Under the pieces are notes generated by a model, which saw only the letters and a program-made list of their open reading frames with translations, had not been told where the DNA came from and did no database searches. The translations under genes were made by a program, and so were the position numbers. From positions 41,540,001 to 41,604,000 of the forward strand of contig OZ320315.1 of NCBI GenBank assembly GCA_976226885.1: a stretch of 64,000 nucleotides of DNA. Direction: 5' to 3'. Shown one piece after another: positions 37,417-51,184 of the stretch (the stretch's first letter is position 1; every line of letters starts with the position of its first letter). This DNA comes from Iphione sp. A-MEVVRFRX5 (Eukaryota).

Positions 37417-40400
37417 AAAGATTGCGTGTTGGGTAATCAATGCTTTGAATGGTCAGTGAAGAGCCTGACAGTATCAGGGTGCTTTACAAGGGCAAAACCA
37501 CTAAAAAGAGGCAAAACAAAAACAACAGGGCACTACCAGCTGTGTTTAATACGCTATATCTGGTGCCCTTCTGAAAAAGGATTCACACCAAACTGGAATG
37601 ATTGCCTAAAAGCATTCCACCTAGAGAGAGAGCTACTATAAAGGTTTCTAGCCTTAGGTCTCCAGGTTTGAAAGATAATAGACTTGACTTTTTAGAGGTT
37701 CTTGGTATATATCCAGAGAGGTTCTTAAAGAAAAGTCATCATATTTGTAGGCCAACCTTTGCAGGCTGATTTAATTGTGTATTTTAGGAGGTTCAGAGGA
37801 CATTTCTTGAAGACCACAGGAAGTTGGATGGACAACTGGGGCAGCCTGCTGTAACAGGTTCTGTAAGAACAGAGCTGAGGATTTCTCAAGCTGAATCTGC
37901 AACTCACACCTACGACGTATATATGCTAAATGAACTATTCACATTTTCCTTGGCTTTCACAGGAGGTTTGATGCCAGAGGTAACGGTAGCTGTCACATGT
38001 GAAAAGTTTTTTACATAGCTTATTATTGATCTAATTTGCATAAAACCACACAATTTCAATGTTCACTGATACAGTGCACTTCACTAAAAGTTCACTTTCA
38101 TAGATGCGATGGTCACCACTGTGATGCACTTCATTTAAAGTGTTCACTCACATAGAGGTAATGTTCACACGTGAGTGGCAGGTTGTACCAAAGTGCCATA
38201 AAACTGACCGATCAGAAGTACTTGAACAAGCTGAGCAGAAGGTAACAAAGGTGATGGCGTCCTGTGCAGAAAGGGAAAAACGCTTTTCAAGCCAGGAAGC
38301 ACTGGAGAAAACATCACTAACAAGTTCAGCTGGCCCGTACTCCCATCTCATCTGAGCCCTCTAGTGGCCAAGCATTGAACCAAAACTATTTAAAGCTGTT
38401 CCTATAGTCTACAAAGAGTGCGCTCATAACCTGACCCTCATGAGGGACTTGATACACTTAATAAAATCTCTGTTTAGCATGAAACCATGCGGAGATTGTA
38501 CTGAATTCCTTTCTAATGGTTATGAAACCAATTAAGCAAACCGTTCAATAACCTTCGATAAAAGTGAATCTACACTGGGCGATAATTGTTCACTTATTCA
38601 TTATTCCCCTTTTAATTTCGCTGGAAAGTTGCCTTTATGAAAAGAAAAGATTATCAAATTCACTTTGATATGATCACTTATGTTAATAAGAATTCGCTTG
38701 AGATATTTTCATTTTCAAATCCAACATACCTCCAGGATTAATTAGCATTCATTATAATGTCGCCAGCACTTCTTTCTCTCTTCCGTTTGAGAATTCGAAG
38801 TCACTGTACTCTAAATCACAATTTACACCTCTGAACTCTTGGAGTGAATTTTCGAGTTGACACATGAACTCATCAATATTTTCAGTTGCCTAGCCAGTAA
38901 TTATTTACACTGACATTTTTCCATTGAATAGTTTATTTCTTGTTTTCTTTCCTATTATCTCTCATTCTGAAGTTTTCCAAAGTTAAACTGGGAAGTTGTT
39001 GTTTCCGTCTAATTCATTCGTGTTATCGTTTCTTAGAGAGAATTAATTTCCTGAACTTAGCATTTTCTTTGGTTTTAATCTATCTTCATTTTTTTAATTT
39101 TTCGATAATTTTGTTTTATTCCTTGCCTGAATTGCCCTTTCTGCCTATATCAAATCTGAACTTTGTCGTTATTTTCAGTTCAGTAATTAGTGTATGAAAT
39201 ATCATATAGCTCTTATTCCAGTTATCTGTGAAGTTTCTGTATGTGTGAGGTCTGTGAGGATTTTCTATATTATGAAAATGAACTGGGTTAATTCCGTGGG
39301 TCTAGTGCATGAATCCATTTCCATACATTCCTGCAATGTCAGAAACTACCAATGTGCATAAATTTCACACACGCGCCAGTAACATAGGAATGTACCAGTG
39401 TTCAGAGGCTTAGGAATGCACAGAAAGGTATAAGAATGCATCTCAACCAGGGTAGTGTAAATAATGCATGTTGATACTCCAAACTTGGTTTAATCCAGCT
39501 ATGGCCACTACAATCCTGGCTTAGTAATTCCTTCAGTGCAAGTCCATTAGTTAATCCAATTACATTCCCTTAATGTAGTTCCAAGTGGGTATGTGTTCCT
39601 AAGCATCCCCAAAGTTCCACAAAATAGTTCTAAGTGCAGACTGGTTTATTGGCCACACAGGGTCCATATTTGTAGCAAGTCTAACCAGGTGTCATAGCAA
39701 AAATGTATCAGGTAATGGAATAAAATGATTACAAATTAGCTAGTGTTAATACTTTCCTCCAATCAGCTTACAGGTAACAGTTACAAAGTAGCAAGTGCTT
39801 GCAAAATGCTGGTGGTGCCACAAGCAGTTAGTATTCAGTAACACTTCGGGGAGTGGCTGTGTACTGTTTCAAATTTCCATTACAACGTCCCTTAGTAGAG
39901 ATTCTAATCTTTTGGTTCTACACTTCCTTACCCTGAGTAATTCATAAACACCATACTTTGAAGCTAGTCGTATATCAACTTTCATAACTGGGAAATACTG
40001 ATCACTTACTTGAACAGGGTTACACGTGGTGATTAAAATTACTGAAAATCGAGTCAATAGTGGCATATCGTCATTAAGTTCAGGTCAATTTTATCATATT
40101 GCAACTCCTCCAGCTTTCCATTTATATCTGTAGTTATTTCCGATTAAAGTGTATGCTATAATGGTAAGAATAGTACTGGTAGACCTAATTATTAACCTCG
40201 TGTCAGTAATAGATATGTATCTTAACTTCTGACACTCAAAACACCAATTACAAGGAGTTTTTACATTAAATTCATAATCAAGCATAACTAACACACTATG
40301 CAGTGGTCTATTAAGTATAATTTTACGTTTGCCACGTGAAGGATAGGACAGCAGGCAATAGATGATGGACGTCAAATGATCAAGACAAAATCTGATAAGC

Positions 40401-42699
40401 CTTGACTCCTACATTGCAGCTTCTAATTCCGAATACAGGTATACCCTTTTAGACATTACTGCAAAAAAATAACCATGAAAAATGATGCAAACAAAATCAT
40501 TTATTGTACAGTTTGTGTAGAGGATTTCTTTACATAATACATGAACAAAAATATTATAGTAAACATCACAAATCACAGACCTGTTATACATTACATCAAA
40601 TGTACAGTAAAATTTTATACTGACCGTTGCTAGACCAATAATCTGTACAATGATGAGCACCCTATAGAAGTCTGCGGAATGCTGCAGTGCATATAAAGGA
40701 TATTACTTGGTACATGTCTCAGAGTAACAGGCACCCCATGGAAACGGGCAGTTCCATATTTTGGACTTTAGAGTAAGGATAATACATACGTTGAGTATTA
40801 CAAACAGCTAAATGTACACTTAACGGATTGGATTCTGGGTATGGCATACATGTATTAATATATTCAACATGGTTTCAAATGAGATTTACTTCATTGAGCA
40901 TTGAGACAGAGTTAGCGCTTGAGGAATGATGCAGACAGCCGAGTGATGTTACGGGCAACACTTTAAAACAGTTGACTAGTTTGAGCAGGTCAGTTACCTT
41001 GCAAATAAAGGTAGCACTGGTCAGCTTATTACTGAAGCCTACCCTGTAGGTCGGAAACCGAACCCAAGCTTATCCCGCTTCTTATCCCGAAGAATGTTTT
41101 AAATGCATCCTCATGAGATAAGCAGGTCTGACTGTTATGCCCTTTTTCCCCTTCAAACTTGTATTTTGCAAAATGCATCTCAAATGCTTAACCAGGTTGC
41201 AATTCAATTCATATATGCATACAGAATTTGTCCTCATATAATCTAATGCTTGGAGCTTGACTACCGACCACATTTCACAGGGACTATGAAAACCTCAACT
41301 GAATGATATACTGGCAGAACAAAAGTTAAAAATACATCTCTAAGTCTTCAAACCATTACAGTGAACTGAGACAATTTTCCCGTGGACTTTCTTTGCATTT
41401 CATTATTGTTTGATACCTTGATTGTTGAATCTCTGTATGTAATATGACATCATTTTAAAATCTTCGGAAATACTTCGTTCACTTTCCGCCCGATATGAAC
41501 GGATACAATGGTGCTAGTTATTTTGACTACTACATGTAAATCCTTTTACTATGTTCTGTTGGCTCTCTAATCACGATTCCCTAAATCTTTATTCCTCAAA
41601 AAAGGGTCTCTCCCCCTGTAAATTAGATCAAAGAGTTCATAGCTTAACTCTATTTGAGGGTTGCATTGATATTTAACCTGACTTCATATAAAGCTTACGT
41701 CAATAAGCATAAACTACGGGTCATCCTTTCACAACCCTCTAAATGAAGAACTGTAACTGTCACAGTGGCAACCGTAGCTTCTGGAGAGATTGCACTGTAT
41801 ATGACAAAACAAAATCAGACAAATAGTACAAAATACATCTCTGTGTCTTTGCTAAAGCGTTTTCCTCTCGCAGAGAGATAAAGTATACATATAAAGCATC
41901 AGAAATCCATTTAGAAATGCACTGATCACTTTGGCACAGGTAGTTCAACTGGGACGAAAACCAAGTCAGAGGATATAGCAATAGTATGCATAACGATGTC
42001 ACAAATACATAACAAGCTTAAAAAATATTTCAGACTAATGCAGTCATGTAAGTACACATATGGATACATATGTAACGGATTTTGATTCTGTAAGTTATGT
42101 ACACTTTTACAATTTTTTTTTATACATTAAGACTCGGCCGCTGCCTCAAACAACAGAATACAATAAAAATATAAACGGAAACACATTTACAAATTGGCAT
42201 CCATGTTCAAAAGGAGCGTGGGTAAATAACCAGGTCTAATTCATCCCATCAACACGCATATACACACAGACTCTAAATAATCCCATCAATATAATACCTC
42301 TCTGTGCCGGCTCAGACATCAACGAGTTCTGCTAAGTTTTGCCGTATGTCACAGGTCCTGCTCTGAACATCATGATACAGTTACAGTTACAAAATATTTA
42401 GCCGATCATTACTCGTGAGCCAATCCCTCTTTTAGAAACACGGATGCAAAGCATTGAACGTTGTTGACGGTGTAGTACCAATTCTTTATACCATGTGGAC
42501 CAGGAATGCAAGTCTATGATAATGTCAAGGCAAACAAAATATACACAACACTTGACACTCTCATAAATGTATTTAAACCACCCCTACAACCTCTCTCTCT
42601 CTATGTTCCTACCATCCCCCCGAGCCCGTTATTTCCCATAATCGTACTGCTGATTTCTTGTGGTCATTGTGTTGTTGTTTTCAACTCCCCTGACGAAAT

Positions 42700-42797
42700 G
42701 TGGTCAGGATTGGGTGGGGACTCGAACCAAGGTCTGTCCCATGCCTTGTTCTCTCTGAGAGAGCCAGCACTCCTACCCACTGCGCCACAGAGGACAC
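42700..42797 (-). mobile_element. tRNA-derived SINE head / tRNA-like pseudogene
   Basis: Minus-strand Pol III A box TGGCGCAGTGG (42787-42777) and B box GGTTCGAGTCC (42728-42718). No clean cloverleaf. Confidence 0.55.
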
Positions 42798-42969
42798 TCT
42801 CTTTCCACATGAAAGGGGAGAGGCAGGAGAGAGAGTGAAATTCTTTCTTCCTTCCTTTAATGTGGGGGGGGGTGACACTACAGGATTAAAGATAAATCAT
42901 TGTCGGAGTTTTGATACTTCCTTGGATTAATGTAGGTACACCCTCCACACCCCCTTTTTCTTTTTAATA

Positions 42970-43170
42970 TTTTCATGAATTAAATGCATCTTTAGCATGA
43001 CCTCCAGAAATATTTGCCGCCTTTTCATGAATTAAATGCATCTTTAGCCAAACCTCCAGTAACATTTGCCACTTTTCATGAATTTAACGCATCTTTAGCA
43101 CTACCTCCAGAAATATTTGCCACCTTTTCATAAATTAAATGCATATTTAGCACAGCCTCCAGAAATTTTC
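42970..43170. repeat. 51-52 bp minisatellite (4 units)
   Basis: ttttcat(g)aattaaatgcatctttagc..cctccagaaatatttgcc at 42970, 43022, 43073 and 43125. Confidence 0.8.
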
Positions 43171-43447
43171 CTTTTTTTCTTTAATGTGGGGGGAGACCCC
43201 CCACACCCCCTTCTTTTCTTTTTCAAATTTTAAAACACAAAAACCTTCTAAACTGATCCCAAATCGCACAAAAACCTTCTAAACTGATCCCAAATCACAC
43301 AGAAACAGCCGTCTCGGCTATCGCCTCGCCGGCCTGCTCACCTTCTTGACAGGGCACTTGACAGCCGTCTCGGCTTCGCCTCGCCGGACTCAACCCTCTT
43401 GACTGGGTCGGCAAATCGCACAGTTCAGGGTGGGGTGGTTTAAATCA

Positions 43448-43541
43448 GATAAAGTCCTTGGTGTCAACATTACTGTACTATAATAGGCTCGGCCCTGCCT
43501 CGCCCATTATAGACAGTAATGTTTCCACCTCGGACCTTATC
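43448..43541. repeat. Imperfect ~40-bp-arm palindrome (hairpin mini-element)
   Basis: Arms gataaagtcc...tataataggc and gcccattata...ggaccttatc flank a tcggccctgcctc loop. ctcggct(a/t)cgcctcg mini-hairpins nearby at ~43315 and ~43368. Confidence 0.55.
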
Positions 43542-46500
43542 TACCATGTAATTAGTGCTACTGTTATAGTGGACTGCTAATATCTATATACTGAATCCCA
43601 AACAATCGACAGGATGATATATCGACAGCACTTTTTCTGGACAGACACTTGTTTGGGAACTGACATCACCCACCCAGCTACAACGCGATTCCTCATACCT
43701 TTCGTGACGCTATAACAGGCGTTCGTCGGATCAAAATGTGGTACTTCCGTGGATAATTTTCATAAAAGTCGCACTGTAAGTTTTTTGGGGGGCCAGACGC
43801 CAGCGATACATCAATACGTGGCAACTAAGGTGAAGGGAAATTGTCATTTTCTTCATGTCCCTTCTTGGGAGCTGGCACAAGAAGAAATAGGCTCTTATAC
43901 TGGAACAATCAGCTCTACTGCCACAGGAATGACATTGGCAGCATGTAGTTCAGTGCAACTAAGCTTGAAAATTGGAATACACAAAGGTATAGGAACTGTG
44001 AAATCCACCCTGAGTGCAGAGAAATCCCCCACTCCCTCTGAGTGCAGAGGAAGATGCGTCTCTAATGAAAACTCAAACCTGACTTCTTCTAAACACAACC
44101 TTACCCCAGACAAAACCTGTTGATGTAAGCGACTGTTACTCTTACCTTACAAACCTTAAACCTTACATTATCATATTTACCAGTAGTTGTTATAGTTTCG
44201 TTCTACAACGACCCTCTGTTGTACACATTCAAGAATGTAGGCCTACATGGAAATGTATGTATACAACAAACTCTACAACCAAGTTGCCGACATTTGTCTC
44301 TTTTCTTGTATATAAATTAATGAATGGTGCGGAGTACATAATATAAGCAGGTCCATGCTTCTCCCCTTCAAAACATACGGGTCAATCCTGCTCACGAATA
44401 GACCGATCCGTGGTTTGAAGGGGCTAGAGTCACTTAGGAGATGCATTATAAAGCCTGCACTCGGTCATGGAGTCGAAGTAAACAACAGTGACCGTCTCTT
44501 GTACACTGTGTCAACATCTGTCACATCCGCGAAGAGCTTTTCACTGACAAACTGGGAATTGAACAACCACGAGGCAAGAACAGACGATTACCACAGTAGA
44601 TTTCAATCCCCTTGAAAAGAAGCTGCATTCCTCCTGTAGCTACACCTGAATTTTGTTGTGGAACCAACCAGAACAAACAGGGAGTAATGTTTGCTGGAAC
44701 CTAAATGACCATGTCAGGGTTAGGAAGCTGCTAAGAAAAAAAAAAAAAAAAACCAGCAGGAAGAGAGAGAAGGGGGGGGGGGAGAGAATTTCAAATCAAA
44801 GGGTGCAACAGAAAGATAACCTCATGAAAACCTACCAGTCTCTCCTCTTAGATCAATGGGGAAAAACACATGACAGCACGGAAATCTCCTGACCTTCCGA
44901 AAATGCATGATAATAATGTTAAGTACTGTTAAAAATCATACTTTACATTCCCTTGCCAGGGCACTAAGTACTGTAGAATTGTGACAAACTGGAAACGTGG
45001 AGATAATTCCCGTCTCATGTGAGTGTAACATGACACTTGTGTTTATTCTAAATGTAGTAAGTCATGAAATGCGCATCCACTGGTTTTGTCTCTGCCATGT
45101 TGAAATGTGATTTTTTTATTTCCTACTGAAAATCCAAACTGTAACTCAACTTTTTCCTCCTGTCTACTCAAGTAAGGAAATCGTGAAAAGTTTCCCTCCT
45201 GTGTAATAAAGAAGGAAAATGTGAAAACCGTGGTCAGGAGGTGCGCAATTCTGAGCAGCCGTAAAAGAGCATTTGTTGAGTGTCAATTCTTTACTCTTAT
45301 TGCGGCCGTTCTTTTTTTTGCAAAGTCTGCTGTCTACTTATCAGTCCCGATCTCATATTGACAAGGAAGGTCTACGACTTTATAATGACATCTACTTGTT
45401 GACTGATCTGTGTATCAACGGAAAATTCGATAGACAGGACAATGTTTCTTGGATAGATGGTTTGGAAAAGGGGTCGGCAGCTTGGTAGGAGGGAGGGGTC
45501 ATACAGTGTTTAGTAAAGAAAGCTCTAGGATTATGTATTATCTTTGATACGACTGTAAGACTTTCTCAGTGGTTTGATAACATGTACTTATATTCTCTCT
45601 CTCGAGACAGTACATTTCAATTCAACTAAAAAAAAAACATGACTCGTGAGACATTTCATGTCTGTGGTTCGATCTATACATCAGTGACATCTTAGAGTCT
45701 GTAACATGCGCGCAGTGTAAAAGAAACAAACCGTGCGTTGCATATGGGCCTGACTTCATAATCTACGTATGGAAACGTCATGAAAGCACTCTGCAGAATC
45801 TGTCACCCCCAATGGAATGTTTACCGACAACAAAGATTTACAGAACACAACCATCAGTTGTAATATTAACTTAATATCAAGAGTAAACAAATATAGTGCA
45901 TTTTTAAACGAAAATAATGTATTCCTTTGACCCTGGACGTGAAGCGTATTAGTACATCGTTGAGGGGGAGAGATATTCAGCCGAGGGGCTTGTAATGATG
46001 TGTCACTTCATGAGCGAAACCTGCGTTATATCCCATATATCACTTCTGAGTGATCAACTGGGTGAACATTTCCTCCTTTGAGTTTTAGAATGCACCGACT
46101 AAAATGCTGAGTTAATATTAATTTGTATACATTATAACAACGTCATAAAAACAAGTGGATATCGATATAATAACAAAAAAACATGGATACCATCTCTAGG
46201 AGATGATTTCAACTACATGTACTATGTAAATATAGTAAAATACATTTTTCCTTGTATACGAAATGATAACATTATGCAAAATCTAATATCTTTGTGTAGC
46301 TTGAGTTGTTGGTCTTCAAGGCCAGTTTTAAAAAGATCATCATACCCACCAGAAATACCGAATCATTCTTTCTATCGCAACACATACATAACGCACCATT
46401 ACATCTACAAGTGATCTCGAATATGAATATACGTTGACACTGGGAATGTAAGCGTTCAAGTCACGACATACAAAAAGTAGCATCTTTCCTTGTTTGGTCA

Positions 46501-46756
46501 CTGTGGAAATCGACACTGGTTGGTTGATCTCTTACTTTTTGTTTGGCATGGTACCATATGGTAACAGATACATGTAACTTGGTCGTAATGAGTTGATGCA
46601 TGGTGCACGAGTTAAATGCATGAGATAACGAACCTCGGAGTAGCATGGACAGTCGTGCAGTGCATGAGTATGTGTGTGTGTCTGCATGTGTGTTTGCTTG
46701 TATGTGTGTGTGTGTGTTTGTGCTCACAAGGCAAGAACCATGTGTACCTCTTCATT

Positions 46757-48004
46757 TCAGTAGATGAACTCCACCGGCTTCTTGGTCGTCTTCTTGATCG
46801 ATGAGACGAGTCCGATGTGTCGCACCAGGTTCGGCTCTATAAGGTAGCGTTCGTAGTGGCGGGTGCGCGCGAAGGAGTCCATGGCGAAGTCGAGAGGGAA
46901 CGTGGCGGTGCAGGTGGTGTCGGCGAGGTAGGCCGCCAGTTCGCCGGCCATGGGGCGCGGGTAGAGGATGGCCGGGGAGCAGCAGTCGGGCGCCCCGACC
47001 ACCGAGTAGAGCGACGGCGAGACGCGACGCAGCTCGAGCAGGTACTGCCGCCCGAGCGAGGCGACCACCAGCGCGGTGAAGACACAGCCGGTCACGTAGT
47101 AGTAGGCTGGGTGGGTGGTGTGGCGCCGCTCCAGGAACCAGCACGTGTAGAGGAAGATGAGACCGCCGACCAGAGCATAGCCGAGCAGCTCGCTGAGGTG
47201 GCGCAGCTCGTTACTGAAGCCTTGCCAGCGCTCAGGGTAGTAGAGCTTGAGGTATGCCCAGGGCCGACTGTTGGGCACGTAGTCACCGGCACTGAAGCGG
47301 TGCTCCACCAGGTGGTTCAACACGTGATGCAGGACGGTAAAGAGCTCTGGACGCGGCACGGCATCGTCCTCGATGATCAGCACGTACCGCGGACGGTACG
47401 ACAGCGCGCGCCGCATACAGAACATATAGTCTGCTTTCTCTTTATTGAACGTGTCTTTCTCGACGTGATCTGCACCTGCCTCGAAGCGCCGATAGCGGGG
47501 TATGTACTTGGCTAATTCGTCTGCTTCGGTGTGGGCCTTGGGCTCGGCGTCGCAGAGGAAGAGCACCTTATTGCCGAAAACTCTGTCGGCGTCGAAGACC
47601 TGCATGATCCTGGCCACCACCTGAGTGAGGTAGCCGATGGCCTTCCCCTCCTGGTTCCTGTTGACTGTGACGATGCCGATGGCAACGGACACGTTCCCGT
47701 TCGTCTCCATGTTGGTAAAATGGCGGAGGACGGCGTCTGCTTTCAGACCGGCCAGGTACTGTTTCGACAGGGCGACTCGCGCTACGTTCATGGAGGAGGC
47801 CCTCTGCATGTACTGATCGTCCGATTTGAGCGATATGTAGTGGTACTTCGAATAGGCCCAGTCCCTGCACGTTAAGGGCATGAGCACGCCGAAGGTACCC
47901 AAGAAGAGCACCGATATAAAGAAAGCTACCTTGGGGTTGTGACGCCTCCATAACCGAAGACATGAAAAACACCGGTAAATGTATCCATGGAGACACATCT
48001 TCAT
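46757..48004 (-). CDS. PGAP4: PGAP4/TMEM246 GPI-anchor GalNAc transferase, single coding exon (415 aa from ATG 48004)
   Basis: Matches remembered human PGAP4 motifs: FNKEKADYMFC, YVLIIEDDAVP, YLKLYYPERWQ, LGRQYLLELRRVSPSLYSVV..CC.PA.L.P and EPNLVRHIGLVSS. N-terminal TM plus two internal TM segments. The track start at 48019 is TTG. Confidence 0.93.
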   Translation of the reverse strand: MKMCLHGYIYRCFSCLRLWRRHNPKVAFFISVLFLGTFGVLMPLTCRDWAYSKYHYISLKSDDQYMQRASSMNVARVALSKQYLAGLKADAVLRHFTNMETNGNVSVAIGIVTVNRNQEGKAIGYLTQVVARIMQVFDADRVFGNKVLFLCDAEPKAHTEADELAKYIPRYRRFEAGADHVEKDTFNKEKADYMFCMRRALSYRPRYVLIIEDDAVPRPELFTVLHHVLNHLVEHRFSAGDYVPNSRPWAYLKLYYPERWQGFSNELRHLSELLGYALVGGLIFLYTCWFLERRHTTHPAYYYVTGCVFTALVVASLGRQYLLELRRVSPSLYSVVGAPDCCSPAILYPRPMAGELAAYLADTTCTATFPLDFAMDSFARTRHYERYLIEPNLVRHIGLVSSIKKTTKKPVEFIY

Positions 48005-49754
48005 TTTGAAGTGTGTCAAGAAACACTGGAATCACGCAAGCACTTTCTGACAGGAGCTGAGATTCAAGGCTTCACGTACAATCTCTCCAAGTAAGATGAC
48101 ACGTAATTCGGATATCACCCCGTGAAGTGCAACGAATAAAGTGTTGACTGGAAGAAGTGATGCGAATTCGAAGCGGCTTCCATGTGATAAATCATCTTCA
48201 CATACAGTTTCCTTTATTCACCATTAAAGAAGACATAAATTTGCGTATACCTTATACTTTGCACGGCGCCATCTTCTTACTTTGGTAACGAGCCAGTGAT
48301 GATTAAGAAAAGGAAACAGTCAATTACGAAAGCAACGTCAATGCGTCGGCAACATTTTCCGTTGTACAGGTGAAACGTTATAACGTGGATGACATGCCGC
48401 TATCTACCGCAATCACATACGACGGATTCGAAAGGTTTAAACTGTATCCATGGCCCGTTGCCGCAACCTTGAAGAGTGCTGGAAAGATGAACAACAAAAG
48501 AGTTACACATTAAATCAGACGAAAGTTACTTGTTCTCGGAATGACACTGTTTTATACTACACGTAATGACGATTATCTACAGGTAAATCCGTATGACTGG
48601 CAATCCAATGCAAAATGACAGAAAAGCCCACAGGTCCGCTTGATATACCCCTAAGGTTAAATATAGCAGCGGCTATATACAGTACCGATTAGTGCGGCCA
48701 CACCCATACCACGCCCGTTCCAACAAAACGCTGTATATTTTTCAAAGGGCAAGTCATGCACCATGTCATATGACAAAAACGAATCTGTATTAGTCAAATG
48801 TACGCGTTTTAACGAAAACATATCAGGAGAAACAGAGGACCATAACATAGCAGGAGAAACAGAGAACCAAAACATATCAGGAGAAAAAGAGGACCAATTT
48901 TGCATAAATATAATATGGTACCTTAATTTAATGTTCTAACACAGTTGGCTCAGTCCGATATTCATGAACAATATTATTTCCATTCAACTCTTTCATTTTA
49001 GTTCACGAAGCAATTTGTTCACTACTTCTGAACTGGATCTCACACTGCCGACATATTTATATATACCTAATTGACTTATATTTTAGGTTATGGTTGTATA
49101 TCTCCAAAACATTATTCTAATAGCATGAATCACAAGCACACGGTAAAAAGTATGCACATCGCTTTTTACAGAAAGTTGTGATTTCTATAGAGAAAGAAAA
49201 CCGAACAAATTTTTGTCCTAGTCAACAGAGCTAACAAATGTTTCTGACGTGAATAAATCAACTTTATTTTTTTGTGTTTGTTCCATGATTGTAACCACAA
49301 AAGTCAAAAGCCGACAATAAGTATAGAGCTGATGTGGTTCATTCATTAATGTGGACGAAATGCATATAGGAACAGCGCAAACTGGACCACTCGTCCAACA
49401 AAAATGCATTTAGACATTAAATAGCTTTTAATCAAGAAAGGGACGTCATGCAGTACAGGAAAAGGTTTGGTAAATTATGGAAATCAATGCTGGTCAGTTA
49501 TTTCTTTTTTTGCTTTCTTCCTGTTTTTTTTCGCAATATCCATCACCTTGTGGTAGTAGCCCAGTCAAATTTAAGAAATTATTGCATGATACACAAACTG
49601 AATACATGAGATGTGAATCCTACGAGCAGCAATGGGCAGTTGCGCAATGCACGTGTATGCATATACATGTATATGTGTATGTTTGGGGGGGGGTAGCTTC
49701 ATTTAATTGGGGGTAAATTGTCTCAAATCCATTTAATAATTTTTTTTCCATTTT

Positions 49755-50075
49755 TTCATTTCATTGTATCTTTAACCAGGAACTAGATATTCTCTATCAC
49801 ATGACAGAGCTCTTCCATATCCTCCTGCGGGTAACATACTACCATTTATTGTTGAGAATTGAGAAACCAGAATACCCAGGGTTATCCCCTACCCTAATTT
49901 CGAATAGGTTTCTGGGGTCTTTTTTGTGTATAGGGGACAGAATTCTATACACCCATGGCCTTTTACGAGTTGTGGACCACTCCGGCTTGGGGCTACAGTA
50001 AATCTGTCTGGTTGTGATCAACAGTCCCAAGCCCAGGATTGAACCTGTGACCTCTACACACTGAGCTAACTCCCC
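49755..50075 (-). mobile_element. tRNA-derived SINE (head, body, TGAAA tail)
   Basis: Head GGGGAGT with A box TAGCTCAGTG (50068-50059) and B box GGTTCAATCC (50045-50036); body shared with 37165-37416. Confidence 0.7.
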
Positions 50076-50641
50076 AGTCTGAATCAATGCAAATATAGAA
50101 ATAGAAATAGACCATTTCTGCAACTTAATCATAAATGTCATGCTGTAATGGGTTGTTTTAGCTGCCAGCAATGGGTTAATTGATGCATACTTAGAGCAAA
50201 AGTGTCTGAAATTTCGGCTTGAATCACTGAGTACTACGGGAATATTTCAACACTGAACAATTAAGTTAGGTTAAAGTTTTTTTCATCTACCTGTGGTACA
50301 AAGTCTGAACGATAACCTTTATGCTAATTTAATTGATTTATTCCATAGCATTGACTTGAGCATGAACTGAATGAACTCACGCCACCTACTGGACAGATAA
50401 ATGTGCTACCCTTTTATATATTACTGTTGCACTCATATGTTCATTCCCTGTTGTTATATTTTTAGCCTGTCTTTACTTTCAGGGACTTAACTACATTTTT
50501 AAATTGACATTACACAGCAGTATTAGGTCATTATTGAACAATTACCAAACTACTAAAATTACCATTAAAATCAGGCCTCTAACTCAATGTCATTAGCAAT
50601 GGTTGCCAAGACAATAGTTATAGAGTCAAATCACATGTCAT

Positions 50642-51184
50642 CAGGGTCCCTACTCAAATTTCATTTTCAAATTTGTTGTGTTTTCCCAGAATTTTCCCTG
50701 TGCCATGGCAGTTTTCCCTGTGCTGGTTTCTGTACAACTTTACATGACAAGACTTTGAATTATTAAATTATAATTCAAGTTTGTTGTTCTCTAGCATGTA
50801 ATATGTATCATTTTTGCATCATAAGTTACAAGTTCCAGTGTTAGGTACAGGATTTTGAAAATTAGAACTATGCATTCTTTTCTATCCTCAATTCCATAAC
50901 TTAAGCTCACTCCCATGTGAACAGGTCATAATAGTGTCAGAATGCAAAAGGAAAATAGAAGCAGTTAAAGTTTATGACTGCTATGAAGCATTTCTTACTA
51001 TCTGATTACATATGGATGATTTTCTAACTAATGAATTTGACCTTGTCTTAGAGGCAAAAATCTTTGATTTTTTTCCCCCTGTGTTTTCCCTGTGTTTGCT
51101 CTAAATTTTCAAATTCCCTGTGTTTTCCCAGACAGGGAATTTTTTGGCCATTTTCCCTGTTTTCCCTGTGCTATGGGGACCCTG
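50642..51184. mobile_element. Non-autonomous hAT-like element (CAGGGT TIR, ttttccctgt subterminal repeats), 6-bp TSD
   Basis: TIR cagggtccc / gggaccctg; TGTCAT duplicated at 50636-50641 and 51185-51190. Confidence 0.65.

Noticed and set aside
36677-40660. Scattered ORFs and a purine-rich, decayed coding-like tract (e.g. 36677-37111, 38760-39200)
   Set aside because: No conserved motifs or consistent splice structure; probably old TE debris.
43650-44620. Coding-like fragments with stops and frameshifts on both strands
   Set aside because: Could not be assigned to any protein family by eye; needs BLASTX.
46752-48035. Several long overlapping ORFs (232, 155, 130 and 114 aa) around PGAP4
   Set aside because: Shadow ORFs caused by the GC3-rich codon usage of PGAP4; no recognisable domains.
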